DNA from: a virus
Lineage: Duplodnaviria; Caudoviricetes
Virus record (IMG/VR): IMGVR_UViG_3300035208_004396
DNA length: 64,000 bases
Direction: 5' to 3' (one strand)
The position numbers and the translations under genes are program-made. Positions 19,399-30,259 of the stretch are shown piece by piece. The stretch's first letter is position 1. The number at the start of each line of letters is the position of its first letter. Under the pieces are notes generated by a model. It saw only the letters and a program-made list of their open reading frames with translations, was not told the origin of the DNA and ran no database searches.

Positions 19399-20043
19399 AT
19401 GAAGAAATATATTATATTTAGTGTAATTATAATTGTTTTAGTATTAGTAAGTATTAAGAATAATGAAACATATTCAGAGTATAAATCCGAATCTATTCTG
19501 AAAGAGAGAAATTATGTTTCTAAATTAGATTCGATGTATTTGGATTTAGATTCGATTACTTCGGCTTATTCGAATTTAAAACGTTTATATGAACTTAAAG
19601 ATTCAAATTATAGTGCTAAAAGTTCAAAAACACTGATACAGATCAAAACGGAATATAAGGATAGTATAAGGACAGTATATATCGAAAAATCTGATTATGA
19701 AGAAAATTTGACTATGAGTATCAAGAAATTAGAAGATAGTATCACGGTATTGAAAGAAAATGAGAAGAAACTAACTCAAATAGTTAAACACGATACGATA
19801 TATTTAGCTCAAAAAGAAGATACTAAGACTGGGATTAAGTCAAAAGATACTAGATATACCGTTTATGCTGATGGCACAATGGTATTAGATGAAAAACTTA
19901 ATTTGGCTAAAATTATCGATTTTGGTATAGATTATAGAGTTTTAGGTCCTGTTTTTATCGGTGCTAATGTTAATAAATCCGGTTTCGATCTTAAAAATGG
20001 GTATTTATTTGGTGTAAGGGCTGGTATAAAGTTCCAATTCTAA
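19399..20043 (+). CDS. membrane-anchored coiled-coil protein with C-terminal beta-strands (spanin candidate)
   Basis: N-terminal TM, coiled coil, ends GVRAGIKFQF. Confidence 0.55.
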   Translation: MKKYIIFSVIIIVLVLVSIKNNETYSEYKSESILKERNYVSKLDSMYLDLDSITSAYSNLKRLYELKDSNYSAKSSKTLIQIKTEYKDSIRTVYIEKSDYEENLTMSIKKLEDSITVLKENEKKLTQIVKHDTIYLAQKEDTKTGIKSKDTRYTVYADGTMVLDEKLNLAKIIDFGIDYRVLGPVFIGANVNKSGFDLKNGYLFGVRAGIKFQF

Positions 20044-20046
20044 AAT

Positions 20047-20346
20047 ATGTTAAATCAAAATGTAGTAGATTTAATAAAATCGGAAATGCGTTGCGAACAT
20101 TTCACTTTTTTAAGATATAAAATTCAAGAAAATAAAGCTAAATTATATTTCAATGATGATATAGAAATCTATTTCGATATGTTTGATGAATCTGTTATAG
20201 AATCTAATATAGTAATGAAACAAAACGGGAAAATTTTAGCTGCTACATATATTCGAGATTTTACATATTTCGATTATATCATTTCATTAATACATCGTGG
20301 ATTAAAGCTGTATCATAACTCCACTGTTTCCGAAGTTGATTATTAA
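20047..20346 (+). CDS. hypothetical protein
   Basis: ORF track. Confidence 0.55.
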   Translation: MLNQNVVDLIKSEMRCEHFTFLRYKIQENKAKLYFNDDIEIYFDMFDESVIESNIVMKQNGKILAATYIRDFTYFDYIISLIHRGLKLYHNSTVSEVDY

Positions 20347-23300
20347 ATTTCCAGTATAATCTGTATAATTATTCTGTAAATCAACAAACATTATATTATT
20401 ACCTGAATTATCGGCGAATAATACACCGTATAGATCATCAAATATTGGTATTGTATAATTAATACTAGAAGGAGAAATAGCCTTTTTTAAGTATGTTTTT
20501 ATTGAATTAACAGCAGGATCTGTACCAATAGCAAAAGTATTATTAGTAACTAAATATCCATTTTTCGAATAATAGCCAGTATTTTTGATATTTTCATCAA
20601 AATATCTGAAACCGTGAACATTAGAATCATATTTAAGTATAGCACTAATACTATTAAAAGTATCTAAAATATCGCCTATTTCATAGCTATAATTCTGAGA
20701 TATTGAAGTTTTTGTACCAGTTAATGTTATATTTGGAACATTTATATCAGATTTTCTAATATATGATGAAACATCGCGACCAATTAAATTAGATGTTGTA
20801 TGTAAACTAGATAAACCTAGATCACTAGATAGACCCAAATTCCCCAAACCTTGAATATTAGATTGAAAATGTCCATAATAAGTTAGTTTATAATTGTCAT
20901 CACTGATATTATATCGTTTGTCATCGAAATAATCAGAATCTGTTATATCTGATGCTATTTTATAATATAATATAGCATTGGTATCAGTATTGGAGTATAC
21001 ATTCCAGTTAGAATTTTCCCATAATAAACCAGTGTCAGTAGGTACTAAGGTATCAGTAGTAAGTCTTTCTCCACCGAACTTATCTATATCACCCCAAGCA
21101 ATAAAAGATAGAGGAACCGTAGGTATATCTTCATTGCAAGTGATTAAGTAAAGCGGATCCGTATCAGTATTCCATCTATGATAGGCAATAACACCTGGCA
21201 TAGAATAAGGTGAATACTTGATTTCTGGAAAAATAGCTGCTGTTAAAGCACATTTTTCATCTTTGATTTGATCTATCAAATATACATTTACTTTTGAAAA
21301 ATATGAATAAACTGGAGTTCTAGCACTATTTTCGAATAGTGATACATCAGAACCTCTTACATCACAAATAGCCGCTATACCACCTACTCGGTTCATTAGA
21401 TTATAATACGAATCATCTATATTATCAGGAATTGTTTGGGTTTTAGTGAAATTAGTAACATTAATCTTATCATATACTGAAACATTAACTAACTGGGAAT
21501 AAGCTTTAGGAAGAATGTTGAATTGCCCAGCTACACCTCCGATATTATAAATCGAAGGCATTTTATAATATACTACTGATTTAGCAGCTTGATCTATGAC
21601 ATCTTTATTTTCTACATTATTTAATTTTAGACCATTATCATAAAATAAACTAATTTTACTTTGATAACTGTTCATTATTTCCGATGTAGATGATAGATTG
21701 CCTAATACTAAAGTATTAAATTGTGTTATATCTTTTAATGAATCACTAACGACATATTCGGAATTTATCATCAAATTAGTAGAAGTAAAAGTAACAGTAT
21801 TATCATTCTGGTCTATAATAGTTATGTCAGTAGCATCGGCAATGTTAGCAGAACTTTTACCGAGTTTAGATATATCGTTATATCGGCATATCATATATTT
21901 GATAGCAGTTATACCACTATCATTCTTAATACATGGTGAATAGTATATTCCATTTACACTACCTAAGTTGATATTTGAGAAATTGAACGTTATAGATGAG
22001 GTTGCATAATCCGAGAACATCAATGAATCTTGTGCATTCAATGTGAAAATAGCAGTATCAGAACTATCAGTATTATCTGGCAAAGAACAATTTATTTTAA
22101 CATAATCTGAATCATAATAACAAAATGGGTAATAATAAGAATTTCCATAAGCAGAATTAAGATTATGTAGACCTAAATCGAAAACACAAGATAAACCACT
22201 TACATCTATGAACAGAGCTGTGTTTTCCATCATTGATAATTTTTGAATAACCAAGTTATTCTGATCATTAGAATTAGTATAATCTTTAACATAACCCGAA
22301 TAATCATTATCAGCGGAGAATATATCAAAAATCAAATCGTGTTTCAATTTATGTAATGGGTTTATGGCTGTAAGATAACTCATAACTTTAGATTCAGTTT
22401 GATTATCATCTACATTATAATCATCTGGATTATAAATCGATTCTAGCTTATATTCTTTATAAGAGTCTGAATGAGCGGAATTTTTGTTATAGTCTGCAAC
22501 TATAGTTGCTCCACTAACCATACCATAAGCATTTTTACCTGCTATGCCTCCTATGAACCCAACAAATGTATCATCGGCTTGAATGATATTTAAGTTTCCA
22601 GTGACATCGACTATATAACCATTATTTAATCCACAAATCGGCGAAATATAGAACGCATTTCTCAAATATGAATGCATTTTCTTATTATATAATCCGTTTT
22701 TGATCATTTTTGCAGAACCATTGCCGCCATCTGGTTCAGCAGCTTCATCTGCATGCCATTTAGTCGGATAATTACCTTTTTCATAATTGAAAACGGGATT
22801 TCCATTCAAATTATCAGCTGCTATTCTAGCACTTTTTTGAGATAAATAATCCTCGATATTATAGCCGTAATTATTCAATTGGCAATTATAATTGATCAAA
22901 TTGTTCAAAATAGTAGCATTTTCACCAGTTATATCGAAACTAGAATTTGTGGTTATGTCGGTTATTTTAGAAGATGAAATGTTTTTGCCGGTTTGGATTT
23001 TGATAGGCCAAAGATAAGCATATTCGGCAAAATAACCAGCATAAGGTATCAAATTAGACATATCGTTGATACAATAACCATTAGAATAACCTGGTATATC
23101 CAAATTAGATTGATACTTATTAGCGCTGTTCAAATCCCAGATTTTATAAACATCATTATCTTCTGTTTTATTGTTCAGAACATAGACACTTGGTACATAA
23201 CCATTTGGTTTGAATTCTCCGATATATTTCACATTTTCAATCAGACCATAATTTATGCCGACTAATCCACCATGATAACAATCTGTACTCTTATTAATCA

Positions 23301-24165
23301 GATGATCTATATTTATCCGATAAGAGTTTTGAAACTCTAAACCGGAAATGTTAAAATCTCGTACGATGCCAGAAATACCCAATACATTCACAATTCCAAA
23401 AAGATCAGATTTAGTCTGTGCTGTTACATTAGATAAAACTACATTGTTACCATCTAAAACACCTTCGAAATGATTAGTAAGTGTACCAATGCCAATATCG
23501 CTTATATCATTGCCAGGACTTTGAGTTAAAACTCCTATGATTTTGTTATTATAATCACTTGTGGCATTAACTTTGTCACGAAACCATTGCATTTCGTCTA
23601 ATGTCCGAAGCAAATAGAAGCCACCACTATTGTTTATATAAGCCGCACTGTGAGTGTTACCTGATAATTCTTCATAATATTTGGATAACACAGAAGCACT
23701 GTTAGCCGAGTAAACATATAAGGGTATAGATGTACCACTATCATCAGTTCTGAAATAGGTGATAGTGTTCAAGGTGGTGTTAGTTTTCCAAGAACTTATC
23801 TCGTTTAATGCAGAGTGAGTATAATACTTAATATACTCAGCACTTTCCATTTGTTTTGGAGTTTCATCGTTATAAGTGCCACTTGGATAAAGAAAGTTAT
23901 ATTCATCAATATAATCGCGATATAAACTCAAACTAGTAGCACTATCTTGGATTAAATCGGAATATGTGAGATCGCATGCGGATAATTTAACTGATAATAC
24001 ATTATCTATGTCTTCTAGATTTCGATATTGTGTTATATCTAAACCGGAATAATCTAATAATTTTGGAAAATGTGAGTTAACTAATGTTATGTTAAGTATG
24101 GTATCCGCATTAATATCGCCATTCATCAGTCTCATTTTGAAATCATCGAAGATTTTAGCTTCCAT
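20302..24165 (-). CDS. large virion/tail-associated protein with GLUG-like motifs
   Basis: FEGVLDGNN, GGLVGINYG, GGIAGKN, GGVAG; N/S/Y-rich. Confidence 0.6.
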   Translation of the reverse strand: MEAKIFDDFKMRLMNGDINADTILNITLVNSHFPKLLDYSGLDITQYRNLEDIDNVLSVKLSACDLTYSDLIQDSATSLSLYRDYIDEYNFLYPSGTYNDETPKQMESAEYIKYYTHSALNEISSWKTNTTLNTITYFRTDDSGTSIPLYVYSANSASVLSKYYEELSGNTHSAAYINNSGGFYLLRTLDEMQWFRDKVNATSDYNNKIIGVLTQSPGNDISDIGIGTLTNHFEGVLDGNNVVLSNVTAQTKSDLFGIVNVLGISGIVRDFNISGLEFQNSYRINIDHLINKSTDCYHGGLVGINYGLIENVKYIGEFKPNGYVPSVYVLNNKTEDNDVYKIWDLNSANKYQSNLDIPGYSNGYCINDMSNLIPYAGYFAEYAYLWPIKIQTGKNISSSKITDITTNSSFDITGENATILNNLINYNCQLNNYGYNIEDYLSQKSARIAADNLNGNPVFNYEKGNYPTKWHADEAAEPDGGNGSAKMIKNGLYNKKMHSYLRNAFYISPICGLNNGYIVDVTGNLNIIQADDTFVGFIGGIAGKNAYGMVSGATIVADYNKNSAHSDSYKEYKLESIYNPDDYNVDDNQTESKVMSYLTAINPLHKLKHDLIFDIFSADNDYSGYVKDYTNSNDQNNLVIQKLSMMENTALFIDVSGLSCVFDLGLHNLNSAYGNSYYYPFCYYDSDYVKINCSLPDNTDSSDTAIFTLNAQDSLMFSDYATSSITFNFSNINLGSVNGIYYSPCIKNDSGITAIKYMICRYNDISKLGKSSANIADATDITIIDQNDNTVTFTSTNLMINSEYVVSDSLKDITQFNTLVLGNLSSTSEIMNSYQSKISLFYDNGLKLNNVENKDVIDQAAKSVVYYKMPSIYNIGGVAGQFNILPKAYSQLVNVSVYDKINVTNFTKTQTIPDNIDDSYYNLMNRVGGIAAICDVRGSDVSLFENSARTPVYSYFSKVNVYLIDQIKDEKCALTAAIFPEIKYSPYSMPGVIAYHRWNTDTDPLYLITCNEDIPTVPLSFIAWGDIDKFGGERLTTDTLVPTDTGLLWENSNWNVYSNTDTNAILYYKIASDITDSDYFDDKRYNISDDNYKLTYYGHFQSNIQGLGNLGLSSDLGLSSLHTTSNLIGRDVSSYIRKSDINVPNITLTGTKTSISQNYSYEIGDILDTFNSISAILKYDSNVHGFRYFDENIKNTGYYSKNGYLVTNNTFAIGTDPAVNSIKTYLKKAISPSSINYTIPIFDDLYGVLFADNSGNNIMFVDLQNNYTDYTGNLIINFGNSGVMIQL

Positions 24166-24166
24166 T

Positions 24167-25516
24167 TTACCATTTCCTTAAAGTAGGAGTAATTTCAGTT
24201 TGTATATTTATGATAGGTTTTAATGGTTTAAATGATATACTTACAGAATTCAAATTAGCTCCTATAGCAGGTAAATTAGTCTTTGTGCTTATTAAGCCTT
24301 CGGTTTGATTTATATGCGAAATAGTTGGATCAGCTAAATCTGGCCAGAAATTCATCCAATCCGTAATAGTTTTATTCGATCCATTTGTAAAAGATCTAAC
24401 ACATATATCATTTACATAAGTATCATCTACTTTTATATGAGGATCGAGATGATATTTGCTTTTCATCGAAGTAGCACATGAAATTATACCTAACATCAAT
24501 TCTCCGCTGCCAAGCCGTACTATAGGTTCGGCACCTAAAGGAATAGTCATTCTCATACTTCTATAACCAGTGTATTGACCAGCTCTACCATAAGTATTAT
24601 TATTTCTTATAGGTTGAAAATCGCTATTTAAGAAAGAATAGTCGAAATTATGATTGATTACTATACCATCTGATATAGCAACAGCTACAATTTCATCTCC
24701 GTCATCGAAATTTTCATCTTTTTTCATCCTGTGTTCGATAATTCTTTTGTTTTTGACTATACTGGGATAGAAAAATACGGGATTGTTACTACGATATTTG
24801 CTTCTCTCTTCTGTTGTAAGTATGTTGTCATATTCATCGGTAGCAAATTCCAGATATTCCCAAAAAGGATTCCAGCCATTTAATCCATTCCAAGTATATA
24901 ATCCGAATGTTCCTCTTAATAAATCATCCATTTTACCATGCTTAGTAGTATGGGAACAACCCAAGTTATATATGGTTTTACCTACACCGGAAATTGTATC
25001 TGCTATTCCAGCTATGATAAAACCTCCCATAGTTTTACCGATACCAGACAAAATTCCAATAACATTGCCACTTTTAATCGAATCTGCTAAACCTAGAACC
25101 GAAGAATAATATGATTTACAGATGTTATATATTTCAACACTACCATAACCAGCTGGACCCAAATAAACAGATATTTTTTCCTTTAAGCTGGTTTCTATTT
25201 GATCATAATCAGATTGACTAAGTCTATTTACAGATTTACTTAATATCAAAGAAAGGGAATCATGCGTTATCTTTTTATATGTGCACCAGTTTTTAAGATC
25301 CTCTACCCAGAAATATGTTTCGGTTACTCCTGCTTCACCAGGAGTTAAAAGTGTATGTGTATTCTTATAATTTATCAAGTTTTCTTTACAATCCGAATCA
25401 TCTGTTGTACTAGATTTATTCGATAAAACAGTAGAATTTCTATTAATAGTTTGCCATTTAGAAAAATCATTAATATTTTCATGAGATAAAACGTTTACTT
25501 TAGATAAATCTGCCAT
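24167..25516 (-). CDS. probable structural protein
   Basis: Late operon; Gly-rich hydrophobic segment. Confidence 0.6.
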   Translation of the reverse strand: MADLSKVNVLSHENINDFSKWQTINRNSTVLSNKSSTTDDSDCKENLINYKNTHTLLTPGEAGVTETYFWVEDLKNWCTYKKITHDSLSLILSKSVNRLSQSDYDQIETSLKEKISVYLGPAGYGSVEIYNICKSYYSSVLGLADSIKSGNVIGILSGIGKTMGGFIIAGIADTISGVGKTIYNLGCSHTTKHGKMDDLLRGTFGLYTWNGLNGWNPFWEYLEFATDEYDNILTTEERSKYRSNNPVFFYPSIVKNKRIIEHRMKKDENFDDGDEIVAVAISDGIVINHNFDYSFLNSDFQPIRNNNTYGRAGQYTGYRSMRMTIPLGAEPIVRLGSGELMLGIISCATSMKSKYHLDPHIKVDDTYVNDICVRSFTNGSNKTITDWMNFWPDLADPTISHINQTEGLISTKTNLPAIGANLNSVSISFKPLKPIINIQTEITPTLRKW

Positions 25517-26134
25517 TTATTCAATCTCCAATAGGCCATTCATATTCCAATTTATGTTGAATTTTTCAGTGAAAACTAGTTTATTTTCCAAATTATACAG
25601 TATAAATGGCACAGAATTAGTTGTTAATACCATATATTCTGGTATAACTTCAAAATATTGTATAGTAGTTTCACCTGTTTTTTCTTTCTTTTTATCTTCG
25701 TTATTAAGAGTGATATTGATTGAACATTCAATTACATCTCGATAAGGATAAACATGCAAGACTGTACTACTCAATCTATGTTCATCAATGTTATTAAAGA
25801 TGTATTTCTCGTGATCATAATGTAAATCGGAATCCGATGTTTCCCCTATATACCAGTTTTTGAATATGCCATTATTAGTACTAGCACAGGGAATATCGAA
25901 AAATTTCTCGTAGCTATCTAATGTATAATCGGATTCCGGAGCATTAATTTCTATTACAACATCGGATATTTTCTTCATCTTAGACGAATTTAGTTCTTTA
26001 TTAAATCCAAAAGTAGTTTGTAAATCTTCGACATTATCAGGTGTACCGAGATACAATTCTAAATCCTGATACCATGTTTTATCATTAGATAGTACTAAAT
26101 AGTCTTTGAAAGCATTCGAGACGGAAGTTTTCAT
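25517..26134 (-). CDS. probable structural protein
   Basis: AATATATA-N7-ATG; N- and C-termini resemble those of 20302..24165. Confidence 0.6.
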   Translation of the reverse strand: MKTSVSNAFKDYLVLSNDKTWYQDLELYLGTPDNVEDLQTTFGFNKELNSSKMKKISDVVIEINAPESDYTLDSYEKFFDIPCASTNNGIFKNWYIGETSDSDLHYDHEKYIFNNIDEHRLSSTVLHVYPYRDVIECSINITLNNEDKKKEKTGETTIQYFEVIPEYMVLTTNSVPFILYNLENKLVFTEKFNINWNMNGLLEIE

Positions 26135-26171
26135 ATAGTTTTATATATTTAATTCAAATAGAGAATTTGGT

Positions 26172-26762
26172 ATGGCCGAGTATTATGTTGAACCTAAAGA
26201 ATTAAAAAGATTATTGACTGAATATAATCGATATAATATAACAGATGATCTGAAATGGTCTAGTTGTACATTAGCACGACATGATCAAGCTTTAGCTAAG
26301 GGAAAGACTACGGTTAAAGATTGTGATGCCTTCAAGATATATCTATCCGAATCTAAAAAATGGAAAGATGATATTAGAGATAAACTAGATTTAGGTTTGA
26401 TGACAAAAACAGAATATCAAGAACAATTTAATGCCATAAAAGTACCATTATATAAAGCTATACAAGATATAACATATAGACGATTATGCCAATTAGGAGT
26501 ATATCGAACCTTTGATACTGAGGAAGCATCAGATGTTATATCAAATGTGATAGTTTATATTTTGACTTATGTAAACAGATTTAACGTTTTATCTACTAAA
26601 TCCCCGTTTGCTTATATAACCGAAATGGCCAACAATGCTTATAAACTCGAAGTAAATAAAAAAAAGAAACGTGAAAATATGGAAGTACGAGGAATGGATT
26701 TCCTAGAAAACGTTAATAACTCACATAAAGTTTGTACACAGAATTATTCGGATAAAAACTAA
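26172..26762 (+). CDS. late transcription sigma factor (gp55-like)
   Basis: YYVEPKEL N-terminus; YVNRFN...SPFAYITEMANNAY. Confidence 0.85.
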   Translation: MAEYYVEPKELKRLLTEYNRYNITDDLKWSSCTLARHDQALAKGKTTVKDCDAFKIYLSESKKWKDDIRDKLDLGLMTKTEYQEQFNAIKVPLYKAIQDITYRRLCQLGVYRTFDTEEASDVISNVIVYILTYVNRFNVLSTKSPFAYITEMANNAYKLEVNKKKKRENMEVRGMDFLENVNNSHKVCTQNYSDKN

Positions 26763-26780
26763 AAACAAGGAAAACATATT

Positions 26781-27098
26781 ATGAAAATGCAAGAAAATCT
26801 AATTTTAATCACGTTCGAACAGGAAAAGACTATAAAAGGTATTTATGTACCTAAGAAACAGACCAATAATGGTTTTGTTATCGGTACAGTATTGAAGGTA
26901 GGACCTGGTCGTTTGAATCCTTATACGGGTATTAGGATTCCTAATGAATGTGGAATCGGTGATAAAGTTCTCGTGAATATAGGTTCTTGTGTAGAGCTTC
27001 AGGTTTCTGACGACGAAAATAAAGATGCACATTGTTATGTAATCGATGGCAAAGAGGTTTTAGCTATAATAGAAGAAGGAGAAGACATTGTTGTATAA
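26781..27098 (+). CDS. groES: co-chaperonin GroES
   Basis: KTIKGIYVP mobile loop, GTVLKVGPG, GDKVL, EVLAII. Confidence 0.85.
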   Translation: MKMQENLILITFEQEKTIKGIYVPKKQTNNGFVIGTVLKVGPGRLNPYTGIRIPNECGIGDKVLVNIGSCVELQVSDDENKDAHCYVIDGKEVLAIIEEGEDIVV

Positions 27099-27387
27099 GT
27101 ATAAACTACCTATTATTATAACTATAATGTTATTGCTATATTTAATAATAGGTTGTGGATTGGGAATATTCGGACAATTACCGCACGATATAGTTTGTAA
27201 ATTTATTTTTACATATTTGAAATATATTATCTTTATCTCAGGTGGATTTTTGATAGTATATCTGCCGATTATGTATAGTATATATAAAAAGTCATTATTA
27301 GAAAGGCAAAAATCAGAAATGCTTATCAAGAATGCCGAAAAAGAAGAACGAGATAAGAAAATTTTAAAAAACATATTGAAAGAATGA
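27088..27387 (+). CDS. membrane protein
   Basis: Two TM helices. Confidence 0.55.
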   Translation: MLYKYKLPIIITIMLLLYLIIGCGLGIFGQLPHDIVCKFIFTYLKYIIFISGGFLIVYLPIMYSIYKKSLLERQKSEMLIKNAEKEERDKKILKNILKE

Positions 27388-27393
27388 AAATTC

Positions 27394-27423
27394 AATCGAG
27401 AATTAAAAATTCTCGATTTTTTA
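27394..27423 (+). terminator. intrinsic terminator
   Basis: AATCGAGAATT-AA-AAATTCTCGATT-TTTT. Confidence 0.7.
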
Positions 27424-27427
27424 GTAT

Positions 27428-27456
27428 TGAGAATGATCTAAAAATTCATTATATTT
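27428..27456 (+). promoter_or_regulatory. sigma70-type promoter TTGAGA-N17-TATATT
   Basis: Exact consensus; heads the operon containing IF-1. Confidence 0.75.
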
Positions 27457-27481
27457 AATAAAAACACAAGGATTTGTTAAA

Positions 27482-27724
27482 ATGATTGATGAAGACGATC
27501 TGGATCATTCCGAATTTCGATATATTGCTATAGAATTAGTTTTATCTGTTCTCGAAGATATGGAAAAGAATACTTCAGAATATGTTAAGATTTACAAGAA
27601 TAAAACATATGCCGAGGATGATCTAGAGCAAATTAAAAAAAGAATTACTAAAATCAAGAAACGACTAATTAGAGTATTAAAACTACAACGTAATGAAAAT
27701 TTTATTAAATTCATGTATAAATAA
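27482..27724 (+). CDS. hypothetical protein
   Basis: AAGGA RBS. Confidence 0.65.
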   Translation: MIDEDDLDHSEFRYIAIELVLSVLEDMEKNTSEYVKIYKNKTYAEDDLEQIKKRITKIKKRLIRVLKLQRNENFIKFMYK

Positions 27725-27747
27725 TCCAATAATTCCAAGGAAGTAAG

Positions 27748-28263
27748 ATGAAAGTTAAAGATTTTGAAGTAGGCAGCAAGATTGATGGTTGGTATATTAT
27801 CGAAGTATCCGATAAATATATCATGGCTAGTAAAAACCTAGATATTCAACCATTTAAGTTCGAAAAAGTATTCTTTGGTGGCAAATATAAAGCTATTCAT
27901 GGAGATATAGTGATACTTTCGGACAAAATTGAACCTAAAGATGAAGAAATTCCATTAGAAGATATTACGATAGGTGCTGATGTTACTTATGTTGATACTT
28001 ATCGCAAGGGGTTTCTTTCTTATGACCGTTTTCTCAAATTATCTGATGATTATATAAAAAAGATCGATAATACATCAGATCCTATGCATAAACTAAAATT
28101 GGAAGAAGAATTTCTCAATTTGAAATATAATTATTATACTAATGCTAGGAATGAATCTATACCATATTCAGATTCGTATAAATATGCTGAATCGAATCTA
28201 AATAATGTTACCAATGAATTATTCAACATCCGAGATTCTATTCTCGATTTGGAGGAAAAATGA
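27748..28263 (+). CDS. hypothetical protein
   Basis: AAGGA RBS. Confidence 0.7.
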   Translation: MKVKDFEVGSKIDGWYIIEVSDKYIMASKNLDIQPFKFEKVFFGGKYKAIHGDIVILSDKIEPKDEEIPLEDITIGADVTYVDTYRKGFLSYDRFLKLSDDYIKKIDNTSDPMHKLKLEEEFLNLKYNYYTNARNESIPYSDSYKYAESNLNNVTNELFNIRDSILDLEEK

Positions 28264-28616
28264 CTGAACAAACAGACAAAATGGCAGAAATAAAAAGCAC
28301 TATTAAAGAGAAAATTGAACAGATTGGCTATCAATATGGATTATCTGGTCTGGTTGATTTTGACGATGAATTGATAAAATGGTACACGAGTTATCGTAAA
28401 ACAGATAAACCCAGTATTGAAAGACCCGTTAGTGTTAAAAAACCCATTATTCAAGCTGAAAATACAGATAATAATGAACTGGCAACGACCATTATAGAAG
28501 GTCTTGAACGTGAAGATGTTGTAAAAGGCATCAAAACTGAAACTATTAATGAAAATAGGGAAGGAGATACTACTCCGTCAAATGAAACAGAAGAAACCGC
28601 ATCACAGTTAATATAA
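28260..28616 (+). CDS. hypothetical protein
   Basis: GGAGG RBS, ATGA overlap. Confidence 0.7.
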   Translation: MTEQTDKMAEIKSTIKEKIEQIGYQYGLSGLVDFDDELIKWYTSYRKTDKPSIERPVSVKKPIIQAENTDNNELATTIIEGLEREDVVKGIKTETINENREGDTTPSNETEETASQLI

Positions 28617-28837
28617 TGAAAAACGATCGCCTTATTTTCGACGCTGAAATAATCGAATGTCTAGGTGGCATTCGATTTAAACTCAAACTTGATAACGATC
28701 ACGAAGTTATCGCTACTATTTCTGGCAAGTTACGGAAATGTTTTATCCGTTTAGTACCTGCGGATAGAGTTCAAGTTGAATTATGTCCTTATGATCTTGA
28801 TAAAGGGCGCATTGTATATAGATATAATCGAAGATGA
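28616..28837 (+). CDS. infA: translation initiation factor IF-1
   Basis: F.LKLDN.HEV.A.ISGK.R...IR....DRV.VE..PYDL.KGRI.YR. Confidence 0.95.
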   Translation: MKNDRLIFDAEIIECLGGIRFKLKLDNDHEVIATISGKLRKCFIRLVPADRVQVELCPYDLDKGRIVYRYNRR

Positions 28838-29703
28838 ATGTTTTTTTCCCAATAGATCTTACCGAATTACCTACTAGAGGTTTATACTATCCTAAAACCG
28901 GATTAGAACTAAAACCTCTTGATTTTGGTTCAGCGAAGCTATTATGTGCTAAATCTAAAGAGAATTCGGATTTACTATTATCCAAGATCTTAGAATTAAA
29001 CAGTAATAGCAAAATAAAGATTACTTCTTTATTTAGAGCCGATTTTGATTATTTGCTATTATGGGAAAGAAGTAACTCTTTTCAAAATTCAAATTTGACT
29101 TATGATCTAAAATGTGGTCATTGTAATCATACATTCGAATATCAACTTCCATTGAATAAGTTACAATTTAATTACGCATCAAACAAAAAGCCTAAGGAAA
29201 TTGTAAAGATAGATGGTTATGATTTGGAGTTTCATTATCCGAAATTTGAAGATATTATAATCAATACTAACAATAGAAAAGTGGATTTAATACGTAATAC
29301 ATCAAATGTGGATAAGGTGATACCTAATTTGATGGATCTAGATTTCGACATATTCACTGACATTTATAATGAAGCTAAAGAATGGGATATAGGTGTAAAA
29401 ACATTTTATTCTGCAATTTGTCCAAATCCAAATTGCAGACATACTATCTATTTCGACATAAATTTGAACTCCTTTAATATATTTCCTCAATTAAACATAA
29501 TAGATTTGATTAAAAGTCAAATTCAAATTGCGAAATATGCTAACTTCAAAATCGAAGATACTGTGCCTATGAATGAATTCATGATAGTACAAAATGTTGT
29601 AAAAGATATGGCCGAACAAGAAAATAATGAACTCAAAAAGAGTCAAAAAGATAGTCATCATAGTTTCAGTATGGGTAATTTCGTAAACAAATTCAGAAAA
29701 TGA
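28834..29703 (+). CDS. baseplate hub assembly protein (second gp26-like, possible gp51-like C-terminus)
   Basis: LPTRGLYY, DFDYLLLWER, CGHC, CPNPNC. Confidence 0.65.
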   Translation: MNVFFPIDLTELPTRGLYYPKTGLELKPLDFGSAKLLCAKSKENSDLLLSKILELNSNSKIKITSLFRADFDYLLLWERSNSFQNSNLTYDLKCGHCNHTFEYQLPLNKLQFNYASNKKPKEIVKIDGYDLEFHYPKFEDIIINTNNRKVDLIRNTSNVDKVIPNLMDLDFDIFTDIYNEAKEWDIGVKTFYSAICPNPNCRHTIYFDINLNSFNIFPQLNIIDLIKSQIQIAKYANFKIEDTVPMNEFMIVQNVVKDMAEQENNELKKSQKDSHHSFSMGNFVNKFRK

Positions 29704-30050
29704 TCTGGAAAATAGAGAAAAAAGATATTAAAAGCTTATTCGAAAAAACTCCTATATTATATCTCGAATATAATATAAAACCATTCTTCGATCAACCTAA
29801 ATCCATACATTTTCCATACGAAATGGTATATAATAGTTATAATACATTAGATTTCGTAACTGAACTAGCAGTTTATGCTTTCATACATGAATTAGCTCAT
29901 TATGATCAAACATTAAATAAGATTAAAGGTTCGAAGTTAGAATTAGAAATTGATGCTTGGTCTAGAAGTTTTAAAATTGGACAAAAATTAGGATTTTTTA
30001 ACTTGAATTTGATAAATAAGATAAATTCTGAAAATATTAAATTATGTTAA
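29700..30050 (+). CDS. HExxH zincin-like protein
   Basis: FIHELAH...EIDAW. Confidence 0.55.
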   Translation: MIWKIEKKDIKSLFEKTPILYLEYNIKPFFDQPKSIHFPYEMVYNSYNTLDFVTELAVYAFIHELAHYDQTLNKIKGSKLELEIDAWSRSFKIGQKLGFFNLNLINKINSENIKLC

Positions 30051-30259
30051 ACGATATTAAAACTCAACTTTTAGATCATAATTATACAAATTTTAATAAT
30101 TTTTTTTATGATACTTATAAAAACTATATAATCCATATTGATGAAAATATAGAAGTTTATAATTTCAATGGAGAATTTCTATTCGAAAATGATATATCGG
30201 ATGTATTATCTAATGAATTTACATATCATCGCTTTTTTAATAAAATAGGTATAATATGA
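30044..30259 (+). CDS. hypothetical protein
   Basis: ORF track, coupled. Confidence 0.5.
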   Translation: MLNDIKTQLLDHNYTNFNNFFYDTYKNYIIHIDENIEVYNFNGEFLFENDISDVLSNEFTYHRFFNKIGII

